NCBI RefSeq assembly: GCF_030028105.1
Contig: NC_092379.1
Span: forward strand, 44,564,150-44,628,149
Origin: Mobula birostris
Taxonomy: Eukaryota
Reading direction: 5' to 3'
Length of the DNA: 64,000 nt
Shown here: piece by piece, positions 35,645 to 48,700 of the stretch
Numbering within the stretch: position 1 is the stretch's first letter
Layout of the letters: each line of letters starts with the position of its first letter
The notes under the pieces: generated by a model
The model's input: the letters and a program-made list of their open reading frames with translations, nothing else
Database searches by the model: none
What the model was told of the DNA's origin: nothing
Position numbers and translations under genes: made by a program

Positions 35645-38600
35645 AGAAACATAGAAAACCTGCAGCACAATACAGGCCCTTCAGCCCACAAAGCTGTGCC
35701 AGAGATGTCCTTAACGTAGAACTGCCTCGGCTTACCCATAGCCCTCTATTTTTCTGAGCTCCATGTATTCATCCAGGAGTTTCTTAAAAAACCCTATTGT
35801 TTCCACCTCCAGCACTGCTGCCAGCAGCCCATTCCATGCACTCACTACTCTCTGCATAAGAAAAACTTACCCCTGAGATCCCCTCTGTACCTACTTCCAA
35901 GCACCATAAAACAATGTCCTCTCGTGCGAGCCATTTCAGCCCTGGGGGAAAAAAAAACTTTGACTATCCACATGATCAATGCCTCTTGTTATCTTCTACA
36001 CCTCTATCAGATCACCTCTCATCCTCCGTCGCTCCAAGGAGAAAAGGCAGAGTTTATGCAACCCATTCTCATAGGCGTGCTTCCCAATCCAGGCAACATC
36101 TTTGTAAATCTCCTCTGAACCCTCTCTATGGTTTCCACATCCTTCCTGTAGTGAGGTGACGAGAATTGAGCACAGTACTCCAAGTGGGGTCTGACCAGGG
36201 TCCTATAGAGCCTCAACCTTACCATCTGGCTCTTAAACTCAATCCCACCGTTGACGAAGGCCAATGCACCGTATGCCTTCTTAACCACAGAGTCAACCTG
36301 AGTAGTAGCTTTACGTGTCTTATGGACTCGGAACCCAAGATCCCTCTGATCCTCCACATGGCCAAGAGTCTTGCCATTAATACTACAGTTGAAGTCAGGA
36401 GTTTACATACACCTTAGCCAAATACATTTTAACTCAGTTTTTTCACAATTGCTGACATTTAGTCTGAGAAAATATTCCCTGTCTTAGGTCAGTTCGGATC
36501 ACTACTTTATTTTACGAATGTGAAATGTCAGAATAATAGTAGAGAGAATGATTTATTTCAGCTTTTATTTCTTTCATCACTCTCCCAGTAGGTCAGAAGT
36601 TTACATACACTTTGTTAGTATTTGGTAGCACTGCCGTTAAATTGTTCAACTTCTGTCAAACATTTTGGGTAGCCGTCCACAAGCTTCTCAGAGTAAGTTG
36701 CTGGAATTTTGTTCCATTCCTCCAGACAGAACTGGTGTAACTGGAGTCAGGTTTGTAGGCCTCCTTGCTCTCACATACTTTTTTAGGTCTGCCCACAAAT
36801 TTTCTATCGGATTGAGGTCAGGGCTTTGTGATGGCCACTCCAGTACCTTGACTTTGTTGTCTTTAAGCAATTTGGAACAGATACATGAAGGAATAAACTC
36901 CTTTATTCCTCCAAAGAGAAAAGGTAGGATCACTGAGTGAAGGTTTAAATAAATAGTTTCGATAAATTAAACTAAAAAGGTTATTTTTTTTTAAGATTAA
37001 AAAAAATATGAAATGGGACCAAATTCATAATGACTGCTTAATCATAGGATATAAATTTAGATTAGAAATTTTGGCTAGTTGTACAGGTAAAGAAGGTCCT
37101 AATAACGAAATTAAGTAAAATTGTTCACAGCTTTCAATTCCAAATCAACCCAAGGTGGTCGTTCATTTTTATCAGTCCAATATAACCAATAACACACATA
37201 ACATATATTAACAGCCCAATAATACATTCCGAATGCTCAAAATATTCAATCAGGCTCGTAAGGAACGGCCTACTTTGACGAAGCCATGCCGACTATTCCT
37301 AATCATATTATGCCTGTCCAAATGTTCACAAATCCTGCCTCTCAGGATATTCTCAATCAACTTACCAACCACTGAAGTAAGACTCACTGGCCTATAATTT
37401 TCTGGGTTATCCCAACTCCCTTTCTTGAATAAGGGAATAACATTTGCAACCCTCCAATCCTCCGGAACCTCTCCCATCCTCATTGAAGATGCAAAGATCA
37501 TCGCCAGAGGTTCAGCAGACTTCTCCATCGCTCCCACAGTTGCCTGGGGTACATCTCGTCCGGTCCGGTGACCCATCCAACCTGATGCTTTCCAAAAGCT
37601 CCAGCACATCCTCTTCCTTAATATCTACATGCTCAAGCTTTTCAGTCTGCTGCAAGTCATCCCTACAATCGCTAAGATCCTTTTCCGTAGTGAATACTGA
37701 ATCAAAGTATTCATTAATTACTCTGCCATCTCCTCCGGTTCCATACACACATTTCCACTGTCACACTTGGTTGGTCTTATTGTCTCACATCTTAGCCTCT
37801 GGCTCTTCACATGCTTGTAGAATGCCTTGGGGTTTTCCTTCATCCTGTCTGCCAAGGCCTTCACATGGCACCTTCTGGCTCTCCTAATTTTATTCTTAAG
37901 CTCCTTCCTGCTAGCCTTATAGTCTTCTAGATTCTTATCATTACCTAATTTTTTTTGAACCGTTTGTAAGCTCTTCTTCTTGACCAGATTTACAACCACC
38001 TTTGCACATGACAGTTCCTGAATCCTACCGTCCTTTCCTTGTCTCATTGGAACGTACCTATGCAGAACCCCACACAAATATCCCCTGAGGATTTGCCGCA
38101 TTTCTTTCTTGAGAACATCTGTTTCCAATTTCTGCTTCCAAGTTCCTGCCTGATAGCCTCATGTTTCCCCTTACTCCAGTTAAATGTTTCCCTAACTTGT
38201 CTGTTCCTATTCCTCTCCTATACTATGGTAAAGGAGATAGAATTGTGATCACTATCAGAAATAGAATTGTGATCACTATCTCCAAAATTCTCTCCCACTG
38301 AGAGACCTGACACCTGACCAGGTTCATTTCCCAATACCAGATCAAGAACAGCCTCTCCTCTTGTAGGCTTCTCTACATATTGTGTCAAGAAACCTTCCTG
38401 AGCACACCTAACAAACTCCACCCCATCGAAACTCCTCACTCTAGGGAGATGCCGTTCAATATTTGAGGAAATTAAAATCTCCCACCACAACAACTCTGTT
38501 ATTGTTACACCTTTGCAGAATCTGTCTCCCTATCTGCTCCTCAATGTCCCTGTTACTATTGGGTGGTCTATAAAAAACACCCTGTAGAGTTATCGACCCC

Positions 38601-39750
38601 TTCCTATTCTGAACTTCCACCCATAGAGACTCCGTAGACAACCCCTCCATGACTTCCTCCTTTTCTACAGCTGTGACACTATCCCTGATCAACAGTGTCA
38701 TACCCACACCTGTTTTGCCTCCCTCCCTGTCCTTTCTGAAACATCTAAAGCCTGGCACTTGAAGTAGCTGTTCCTGCCCCTGCACTATTCAAGTCTCTGC
38801 AATGGCCACAACGTTATAGCTCCAAGTGCTGATCCACGCTCTAAGCTCATGCACATTGTTCATAATACTCCTTGCATTAAAATAGACACATCTCAAACAC
38901 CAGCAATTCTAGTTTAAACTCTCCCCAGTAGCCTTAGCAAACGTCCATGCTAGGATATTGGTCCCCTTCGGATTAAGTGCACCTCGTCCCTTTCGTACAG
39001 GTCACACCTGCCCCAAAAGTGGTCCCAATGATCCAGAAATCTGAATCTCTGCCCCCTGCTGCAATCCCTCAACCACACATTTATCCTCCACCTCATTCTA
39101 TTCCTATACTTACTGTCACATGGCACAGGCAGTAATCCCGAGATTAATACCTTTAAGGTCCTGCTGCTCAACTTCCTTCCAAACTCCCTGTAGTCTGTTT
39201 TTAGGACCTTCTCCCTTTTTCTACATATGTCGTTGGTACCAATATGTACCACAACCTCTGGCTGTTCTTCCCACTTCAAGAAATTGTGGACGCAATCAGA
39301 AACATCCCGGACCCTGACACCTGGGCGGCAGAATAACTCTCTGCGTTTCTTTCCTGCATCCACAGAATCGCCTGTCTGACCTCCTAACTATAGGGTCCCC
39401 TATCACTGCTGCCATCCCCTTCCTTTCCCTGGCCTTCTGAGCCACAGGGTCAGACTCTGTGACAGAGGCGTGGCCACTGTTGTTTCCCCCAGCTAGGTTG
39501 TTCCCCCTCCCCCAACAGTACTCAAACAGGAGAACTTATTGTTATCTGTGACAGACACTGCGGTACGCTCTAGCATTTGCCTCTTGCCCTTCCCTCTCCA
39601 GACTGTTACCCACTTATCTGTCTCCCCAGGCCCCAGAGTGACTACCTGCCTATAGCTCCCCTCAATCACCTCCTCACTTTCCCTGACCAGACGAAGGTCA
39701 TCGAGCTGCTCCTCCAGTTCCCTATCACGGTCCCTAAGGAGCTGCAGCTC
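35645..39750 (-). mobile_element. CR1 LINE, long deleted copy (ORF1 SGNH esterase, APE, part of RT, 3' tail)
   Basis: PEVVVHIGTND..DHWDHFWGR (38950-39363), GVFYRPPNS / VVGDFN, LDLVLGNEP..GDSDHN, PEDWRVANV.PLFKKG..NYRPVSLTS, LVRPHLEYC; tail ttagaaacatagaaa at 35643. Confidence 0.92.
36386..36868 (-). mobile_element. Tc1/mariner fragment of the Sleeping Beauty (IR/DR) type: right ITR plus transposase C-terminus
   Basis: TA|CAGTTGAAGTCAGGAGTTTACATACACCTTAGCC outer DR; inner DR CCCAGTAGGTCAGAAGTTTACATACACT at ~36584-36611. Minus strand [41 protein letters not shown], +1 shift, [42 protein letters not shown] (stop 36615-36617). Confidence 0.93.
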
Positions 39751-39759
39751 CTGGATTCT

Positions 39760-41560
39760 TGTTACTTCCCTTCTTGATCAAATCTCTAACATTTGCTACA
39801 CTCCAGTCCTATGGGACCTCACATGTTGTGATCGAGGACACATAGATCCTTGTCAAATCCCCAGCAAACTTCCTACACTATTGTAGGATATATGCCTTCA
39901 CGCCCTGAGGTCTTATCCATCTTATTGCTTTTCAGACATTCCAGCACAACCGCCTCCTTAATTTCAACACACCTCTGCACATTAGCATGCCCCACTCTGT
40001 TTTCATTGCCATTCAATTCCTTCACCTCGGTAAATACTGACACAACGTACTCATTCAGTACCTCAGCCACTTGGTCTGACTTCAACCACATCATTCCTCC
40101 TTTAATCTTGAGTCGAGCTTTCCATTCTCTGGTTATCCTCGTCTTATTAATACAAATCAAAAGGCCTTGGGATTATCTTTGGTCCCACATTATGAGGACA
40201 GTTTGTGGCCCCTTTTGGCCTTTCCTATCACCTGCTTTAGCATTTCCCTGTTATCTTTATATTCCAAAGGTACCCAGTCTGACTTTAGCTTCATAAACCT
40301 TCCATATCCTTTTGACTAAATTTAGGATCTCTCTGCTTGTCTAAAGATCCCTTACTTAACATCTGTCTCACTCCTCGCCAGAACATGCTGATCCTGAACT
40401 CAGAGTTGCTGGTCTCTAACTGTCAGATGTGGACTTGTCTGACACTGGCTGCTCCCAATCAATGCCCCTTGGCTTCTGTCTTACTCTGTACTGACTTGTC
40501 CTCCTGCAATTTAGTACCTTTATAAAAGATCTACTTTTATTTTAACTTGTAACCAAGAAAAAAAAGTTGTGATCACTGTTCCCAAAATGTTCACCGACTC
40601 TTAGCTGTCACCTGGCCCTGCTCATTTCCAAAAACTAATTCCCATCTGTTCTCACCTCTGGTTGGGCCCCGTACATAATGCTTCAAACACTTCTCAGATT
40701 CACAGAAGAAATTTTGCACATCTAAGAATTAAGCAAGTCCCAGTCAATTCTAGGGAAGATAAAGTCCCCCCACTGGTTATTGTGGGGCCAATACAAACAT
40801 CCCAACAGTGTAACTGCAGATTGCCTCTGAAAATGAACCTTCCAGTTTGCTGTGACATTCCCCGTGGGGTAACCTCTGCATCTTTTAACCCTCCTCCCAC
40901 CCCACTCACAAGTAAAACAATCAGACCCATGAATGTTGAGCTGCCAGCCCTGTCCGTCCGACAACATAAACCCTCCTGGTGAAGATATTGGTTCTCCTCC
41001 TGTTCAGATGCAAATGATCCTGTTTGTCCCGGTCTCCCACCTGCCTGGAAGGTGCCCATTGATCCATAAATCTGAAGACCTCCCTCCTGCTCAGTCAGCA
41101 ACATCTTAAACTGCACGAAATATCGATTTCTCACCACACTAGCACGTGGTTTAGGTCACAATTCCGAGATTAAAATCCTGGAAGTCCTGCTTTTTTAACC
41201 CCAAATCACTTTGTAGGTCCTAATTCCTGCTCGTTTAAACTCTTCCGTGTAGCTCGAGGAAACCTCCCCAAAACATATTGTCTCCCCTCTCCTTGGACCC
41301 GTCTCCCCTTCATTTCGAGAGTCCAATGATCCTTGTACCTGAAGCCCCCACCCACCTCACACCAGCTCCTCAGCCACTTCTTTACCTGGGCTTAAGAAGG
41401 CGCCAGAAGCGCGGTCTATATATTTGGTTATGTATCCTGTTCCTGTATGTGACCGGTTTTTCATTTCCCCGGCGACCCAGAGGAACAATTGTTCTAATGA
41501 ATTAACCCTCTCATCACTGGAAGTGACTGCACCCTCGCCCACCAACTGCTGTGTGTGAGG
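39760..41560 (-). mobile_element. Old CR1 fragments
   Basis: VLNEYVVSVFT, DKTSG.EGIYP and GDF.FP.IDW motifs. Confidence 0.7.
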
Positions 41561-41859
41561 GCGCTCGCACTGGTCATGGGGCCGGGAGGGACAGACCGAG
41601 GTCATCGGGGATTTGTAGAATGGAAAAGCACTTCCTATAATTTAAAGCAGGAGAATCGGCAAATTCCCAGAAATCCTCCAGCATGTACCTGGTGTGTGAG
41701 GGAGTTTTGTTTTCGCTGGAGCGCTTTGTGTCGGATAAATCGTTGGAAATTGGCGTTTGTGGTAAAGTGAAGGCGGAGCTGGACGATGAGAGGCCGGTCT
41801 CGGCTCTGCCCGTCATTCTGACTCTGTCTCCTCCCCTCCCCGCCTCTGTCTCTCTGCGC

Positions 41860-41893
41860 GTTTCTCGGGCAGGTCGGGGCGCTGTGTATAAAA
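41860..41893 (+). promoter_or_regulatory. H4 promoter (GC-rich GGTC element and TATA box)
   Basis: GGGCAGGTCGGGGC followed by TATAAAA at 41887-41893, about 55 nt before the start codon position. Confidence 0.7.
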
Positions 41894-41938
41894 GGAGACA
41901 GCAGCAGTCAGTTTGTCACTGAGCAGCGACCTGAGTGA

Positions 41939-42259
<321 letters not shown>

Positions 42260-42290
42260 AAATCTCACTTCCTTCCTAGCACGAAACAAA

Positions 42291-42331
42291 GGCTCTTTTA
42301 AGAGCCACCCACCGCCTCACAGACGGAGCTG
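42291..42331 (+). terminator. Histone 3' stem-loop and downstream element (H4)
   Basis: AAA GGCTCT TTTA AGAGCC ACCCA, then purine-rich AGACGGAGCTG. Confidence 0.95.
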
Positions 42332-42783
42332 CATCCACACACATTTAATTATTTTTTATCGATATATTCAGCTGAGTTACATTTGCAACAGATTAATCGG
42401 TTCCGCTTGAAATCTACCTGCGAACCTGCCTTTCCAGTCCGTGATTACAATAAAATCTGAATGCATTAAGGTCGATCCTTTTATCCGTCTCGGACAGAAA
42501 TAAGTTCACTCGTTTAGAGAAACGATTCCGTAATTATGCATTTAAATCTTAACTGAGGGATTTAGATATTAAATGAAAGTGAATTTGTATAATCCGTGAT
42601 AGAATTAATTGTAAATAAAAATAATCGGGCAGTTGCTGGCTGCTCTGAAATTGGCGGGCGATTTGAAATTAATATCGCGCTAATCACACTGCATTCTGAT
42701 TGGATGAAGTCCGACCGCCAGTTAACAGTGTCCCATTTGGCCCTTAATTGTTATTCGCCGTCAGCCCGCATGAAATGAATCAA

Positions 42784-42870
42784 CCAATCGCAGCAACTAG
42801 ATCCTTTAATAGACACCTGATGTAGAGCCAATCAGAGGCGATGGGACGGCCCTTCTCAAACAGTATATAA
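42784..42870 (+). promoter_or_regulatory. H3 promoter
   Basis: CCAAT at 42784 and 42828; TATATAA at 42864-42870. Confidence 0.8.
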
Positions 42871-42934
42871 TCATGTCCCTGAACCTGTTTCGTCTATCTT
42901 GGTCCTGTATTTCAGTTTGTGTTGTCGGTTCTGA

Positions 42935-43351
<417 letters not shown>

Positions 43352-43380
43352 ATCCGACCTCCACAACAAACACAAGAAAA

Positions 43381-43396
43381 GGCTCTTTTAAGAGCC
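43381..43396 (+). terminator. Histone 3' stem-loop (H3)
   Basis: AAAA GGCTCT TTTA AGAGCC AC. Confidence 0.95.
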
Positions 43397-44220
43397 ACTA
43401 CCACAGCAAAGGAAAGGCCTGTCGCTTGCTGATCATTGTATTGGCGATCTGCCCTCCTGATGAGGTTGTTCGGTTTTGCACTGACTGACCGCGGTCATCA
43501 GCTGTTCTGTGCCGACAGGTTGATTCAGCGAGGGACAGGAGATGAACGGGCTCCCTCCCCGTCAGGGTCTCACCTGGCCCTTCACTTCTCCCACAAACCT
43601 GCCATGTACAGCTGCTGCGCCTGTTCCGTTTTGTTTGCTTTGGATATGCCCGGCTGTCCTTGGAGTGGGAGCATGCGCTCGCGATGGGGATTTTCGAGTC
43701 TGGTGACCCCAGGCAATAGTGCTTCTTGTTTTTTTTTAAAATTTGATTTCACTCTCCAGTACATATTTAATGTTGGTGTTTTGTGTGAATAAACGTGTAG
43801 TTTTGTGGGTCATACCTGATTGAAGGTCAGTCAGCAATATCACCGGGTAGTTTATCATATATCTTCCCCCTGCAGTCCATCCCCAGAGACAGATCCCCCT
43901 CTCAAGACTCCCCCAACCCTCTCACATAGGTTTCAGCAGTTCCTAATCAACTCAGCTGAATCGGGCCTTGGGATGCGAGGTGCGGAATCTCCGTCACGCT
44001 CTCCTGGAGCGGGAGAAGGAACTGGGCCTGCAGACCACCCCACCGGTCTCACTCTCTCTCACTCACACACAGCCCGAGTGAAACGCAGTGTTTCACTTCA
44101 AATCTGCGACGTCACGGCGGCACTGAATGTCAGCAAGGTACCGGGAATATCGGGTTTTATGCGAGAAGTTCCCCCGGAAAACTCAGTCGGACCCGCATCG
44201 GGAATCACAATGTTCATGAT

Positions 44221-44259
44221 CAGCTCTTTTCTGAGATGTGGGTGGCTCTGAGAAGAGCC
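44221..44259 (-). terminator. Histone 3' stem-loop and downstream element (H1)
   Basis: Minus strand GGCTCT TCTC AGAGCC ACCCA (44244-44259), then AGAAAAGAGCTG. Confidence 0.95.
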
Positions 44260-44295
44260 GTTGGGTTCAAACACTTACAAACGGTATATCTCAAT

Positions 44296-44908
44296 TCACT
44301 TTTTGACTGCTGTCTTCTTGGCCGCCGCCTTCTTTGGGGCTGCGAGTTTCTTGGGGCTCTTTGGCTTAGCTGCCGCTTTTTTTGCCGCTGGTTTCTTCGC
44401 TGTCGCTTTCCTAGCCGCTGGTTTCTTCGCTGTCGCTTTCCTAGCCGCTGGTTTCTTAGCTGTCGCTTTCCTAGCCGCTGGTTTCTTGGCGCCAGACTTC
44501 TTGCTGGGAGATTTCTTTGCCGATGGCTTGTTCGCTTTCTTCACCACTTTCACGGCACTTTTTCCTTGACCGGATTTAAAGGATCCCGAAAGACCCGCGC
44601 CCTTGGTCTGAACCAAGGAGCCGCTTTGCACTCTTCTTGATGCACATCCTGATCTGGGCGCGACGTTTCCCCACATCTACACCGCTGCCGGTCAGAGCCT
44701 TCATGATGGCCATAGCGGACATACCCTTCCTATCGCGGCAATCCGCCACAATCTTATCGATTTGTTCGCCCAGCTTGGGACCGGCTGGTTTGCTCCGGCC
44801 GGACGTCTTCCTCCCGGGGGTCGTCTTTGCGGCGGCGGGTGCGGCTGGAGGAGCCGTTTCGGCGGGTGCGGCTGGAGGAGCCGTTTCGGCGGGTGCTGTC
44901 TCGGTCAT
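44296..44908 (-). pseudogene. H1: Histone H1-like gene with a frameshift in the globular domain (~44630)
   Basis: MTETAPAETAPP...GPKLGEQI..RKGMS..KAL..GVDV..IRMCIK, then shifted [19 protein letters not shown] and a Lys/Ala/Pro tail. Span is 613 nt (3n+1). Confidence 0.88.
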
Positions 44909-44969
44909 GTCGGGAAATCCTTCTCACAATTACAACTGAATAAGAAATGAAGCGAAAGGCGGCGGCATA

Positions 44970-45050
44970 GAGCATTTTAAAGGCAGCGAGCGGACGGGGC
45001 GGAGACATCCTCCTGTCAGTTCCTGGCGGCTTCATTTTTCTGTGTTTCTC
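44970..45050 (-). promoter_or_regulatory. H1 promoter (TATA-like, GC box, H1/AC box)
   Basis: TTTAAAA near 44978, GGGGCGG at ~44996-45002, AAACACA on the minus strand at 45041-45047. Confidence 0.75.
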
Positions 45051-45484
45051 TCTCGTCAAAAACTCTCCGATTCCAATTAAAATCGGACACTCCGGAGACT
45101 CGGACTGGTTCCTGTCCGTCACTGAGGCCGGAAAGTTCGCTGGAAAGAGTGTTTAATCGGGATTAAAGGCAGCACTTTCTATTTTAACCCGTTTAATTAC
45201 TGCACTGCCCGCAATCTCTCTCCATATTGTTGACCTGTTCTCTGCTTTTCGGCTGAAATTTTGAAACTAGCTAAAACTTTGTGGTTAATTCTCGCTTCGG
45301 GACTGAGCTGGGGAGAGGGGCGATCCCGTAACAGAGAAATCTTTTCTTTTTGTACAGGAGGCGCTGGGAAATCCGGCGATGTGTTCGGACCCACAAACAC
45401 AGTGATACTCGTCTAAGCCGCCCGCCGCTTTAAAACACTCTCTCTGAATCAGCAAGTCAGGCAGCATCAATGGTGAGAATAAAC

Positions 45485-45520
45485 AGTCGACATTTCGGGT
45501 TGAGACCCTTCATCAGGACT
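45485..45520 (-). ncRNA. Minimal type I hammerhead ribozyme motif in a Penelope-derived hairpin element (45450-45600)
   Basis: Minus strand AGTC-CTGATGA-A-GGG TCTCAA CCC-GAAA-TGTC-GACT, enclosed by a perfect 19-bp inverted repeat (45450-45468 / 45530-45548). Confidence 0.7.
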
Positions 45521-45719
45521 CTGGTGGGAGATGCTGCCTGACTTGCTGGGTTCCTCCAGCATTTTGTCCGCGTTGTTCGCGATTCCCAGAATCTCTTTGG
45601 CGTTATGCTGACACAATGTTCACATCTGCACCTTCAGAGGCCTGTACTGCTGTCAAAATTAAACGACAGGTTCCTCGTCAGATAACACGGTGATAAATCT
45701 GATTCTGATTCCAAGGAAT

Positions 45720-48700
45720 AAAGGACAAAGGACATTGTCTGGCCAAATTGACTGTGTAACTGAGAACCTCGGGTCCGGGAAATATACCTTAGAAATCTTT
45801 TCTACACTCTCCCCAGTTTAACCACGTTTCCTATAACGGTGACAAGAGCCGTACACAAATCGGCAAGTGTAGCCTCCGGGCATTTACACAACTGTAACAT
45901 AATGTCACAACTGATATACTCTATTCCCTGACTAATGAAAACCAGCATATTAAACCCCGTTCTTCACCACCCTGTCTACAGGTGACACAACTTTCAATGA
46001 ACTGTGTGTGCACTTTACTCTTAAATCTCTCCGGCCCATTCCACTCCCCAATGACCGATCATTCATAGTGTAAGTTCTATACTGGTTTGACGTTCCAATC
46101 TGCACCGGTTCACACTTATCTGAATTGAAATGCATTTGACACACTTGGCCCTCTTCCCTAAGTGATCACGATCACCCTGTAATCTGCGACAACCTACCAA
46201 GTAAAGTTGAGGGAAGTTATTCCAACTCATTAATAAACTTTTTTGTGCACTGGCATTGATCAGTGAAGGTGATTAGTATCAAAATCAAGTTCATTATCAC
46301 GGAGATATGTCATTAACTTTGTTGTTCTGCTACAGCAGTACAGAACAATTTCTAAAATAAAATACCAGTTAAAATAAGAAATACAGAATTAACTAAATCG
46401 TGTAAAAAGAGAATCAGGGAGGGGTGTGAGTCCGAAGATGAGAATAGGAAACCTAAAACTTTGTCCATTCTTGCCTCTTTTCCTCTTCATATATCTGAAA
46501 ATAAATCTTTTTGTATCTTGTTTCTATTATGGGCCAGTTACTTACATAATTCATCTGACCTCTGCATATTGCTATTATAGTTATGCTATGTTTTTTTTAA
46601 AAATTTCATAATTCTTTAGCTTCCCATTAAATTTGATGATATTCTTTGCCCTCTCTATGCTGCCTTTGTCTTCTGTTGTTAGCAATGGTTGCCTCATCCT
46701 CCCTTTTAAATACTGTTTCTGCTGAGGGATGAACCGATCCTGTGTCTGCCAAATTTCTCCTGGAGACTGAAACTTTTCATACAAGGTAATATGAGGAAGT
46801 TGAAATGCCCAACTGCTGTAAGCTTGTTCCCATTACACCTCTGTGTGATTTACCAACATGTCTGCCGCACAATATCTGAGCCTATTGGGAGGCCGGCAGT
46901 ATAATCCCATCAAAATCATCATTCATCATTTTATTTAAAACCTCTACTTACAAGACCTCATCAAAACCCCTCTCATTCCTGCAGTGTTGGTCTCCTTCAT
47001 CAAAGATGCAACATCCTCCATCCATAACGTAGCCTTTAAATGTTTCCCCTTCACCTTAAACAATTTCCCTGTAAATTTAGGCTTCCCTACCCTGACACAA
47101 AGAGTGCTCACCTACTGATTTTGTAAACCTCTGGACGGTCACCAGACAGCTCCTTACTCTCTCAGGAGAGAGAAAGCGAGTCCCAGTCTGTCCAAGCTTC
47201 TGCAGATAATTAAAGTCCTCCAGTGTCACAGTAACATCCTCATCAAACTTCCCTCCACACTTTCCAGCTTTGTGACATCCTTCCTGCAACTGGATGACCA
47301 GAACTGTGCAAAATAGTGTGGTCTCACTTTGACTTTTACAGTTGTCATATGGCATCCCAAATTCTTTACTCAGTTCCCTGATCAATGAAGACAAATAGGC
47401 CAAGCACCACCTTCACCATCCTGACTACCTGTGTTGTCACTTTCAGTGAATGATGTTTCTGTATTCCATGGTCTCTCTGTTCTGTAATACTCTCCAAGGA
47501 ACAAGAATTTACTGTGCAGATCCTTCCCTGGTTGAACTTCTCATAATGCAACACCTCACACTTGTCCACATCAATATCCTTCTGCCATTCTTTGGCTGAC
47601 TTCCCCAGTTAATCTCAATCCTATTGTACTCTCACACAATCTTCACAGTCCACACTACCACCAGCATTGCTGACATCTGCGAACTCACTGTCACTACAAT
47701 GTCAGAGAAATTGTTAATGTAGATGACAAATGACAGTACCAGCACTGATCCCTGTGGATGTCACTGGTCAGAGGCCTCCAACCTGAATAACAAGCTGCCA
47801 TGACCACCCTTTGTCTCCTTCCACCAAGACAAGTATCTTGTCTGGCATCCCCTCTGCTCTAAATGTGTAATACAAAAGAAATAAAGATTAAATCAAAATA
47901 TATCTACCTACGGCCTACATCTCTCAGAAGAGACGAAACCTCAACTCCCCACTCCAATTCTGGCCCACTCATACAATGACCGCTCTGGTTAAATCTAACT
48001 TCTTTTTATTGGATCTTGCCACGTTCCGAATTATGGGCAGTCAAACGTTTCCTTGGGAACTGTGACATGCAAAATGTGCCAACTGCTCATGTTCTCTTCA
48101 TTCAAACCCCCTCTCCCTTTACATAATCTGATGACTGTGTGGGACTGTGGCACTCAAAACTGTGGGCTGCAGGAAACCAAAGTACATGCCTGCGCTGTTC
48201 TACAAGGCCACAAATGATTTAAAAAACACTGTATAACAAACACTGGAATTCCCCAGCTGAGATGAATGGGGAAGCTGGATAACTGAAAAGATTCAAAGAA
48301 AAGGAAGGTAAATGTTTTGTAAAATCAGGGAAGTGGGATTGACATACAAGAAAGGCTGATGGCAGATCAGCCTTTATATGGAATTGTGGGTGAGGGACTA
48401 AGAGAGGACACACTGAAGGGTTCATCCAGTGAGACAACGTGGATAGAGCTCAGGATAAGAGAGGTGCATTCACTGATGGGGTTGTATCACAGGCCTCCCA
48501 AATGCCAGCAGGAGATAAAGGAACAGAAATGTAGCAGGTAATGAAAGATGTAAAAGCAACAGGGTAGTTGCGGTGGGTGACTAATTTCCCCAATGTTGAC
48601 TGGGACTCCTGTAGAGTCAGGGGCTTAGATATCACTGAATATGTTAGAAGAATACTGGGATGTTACTGAACATAGAAGTGGATAGTCTAACCTGGGAAGG

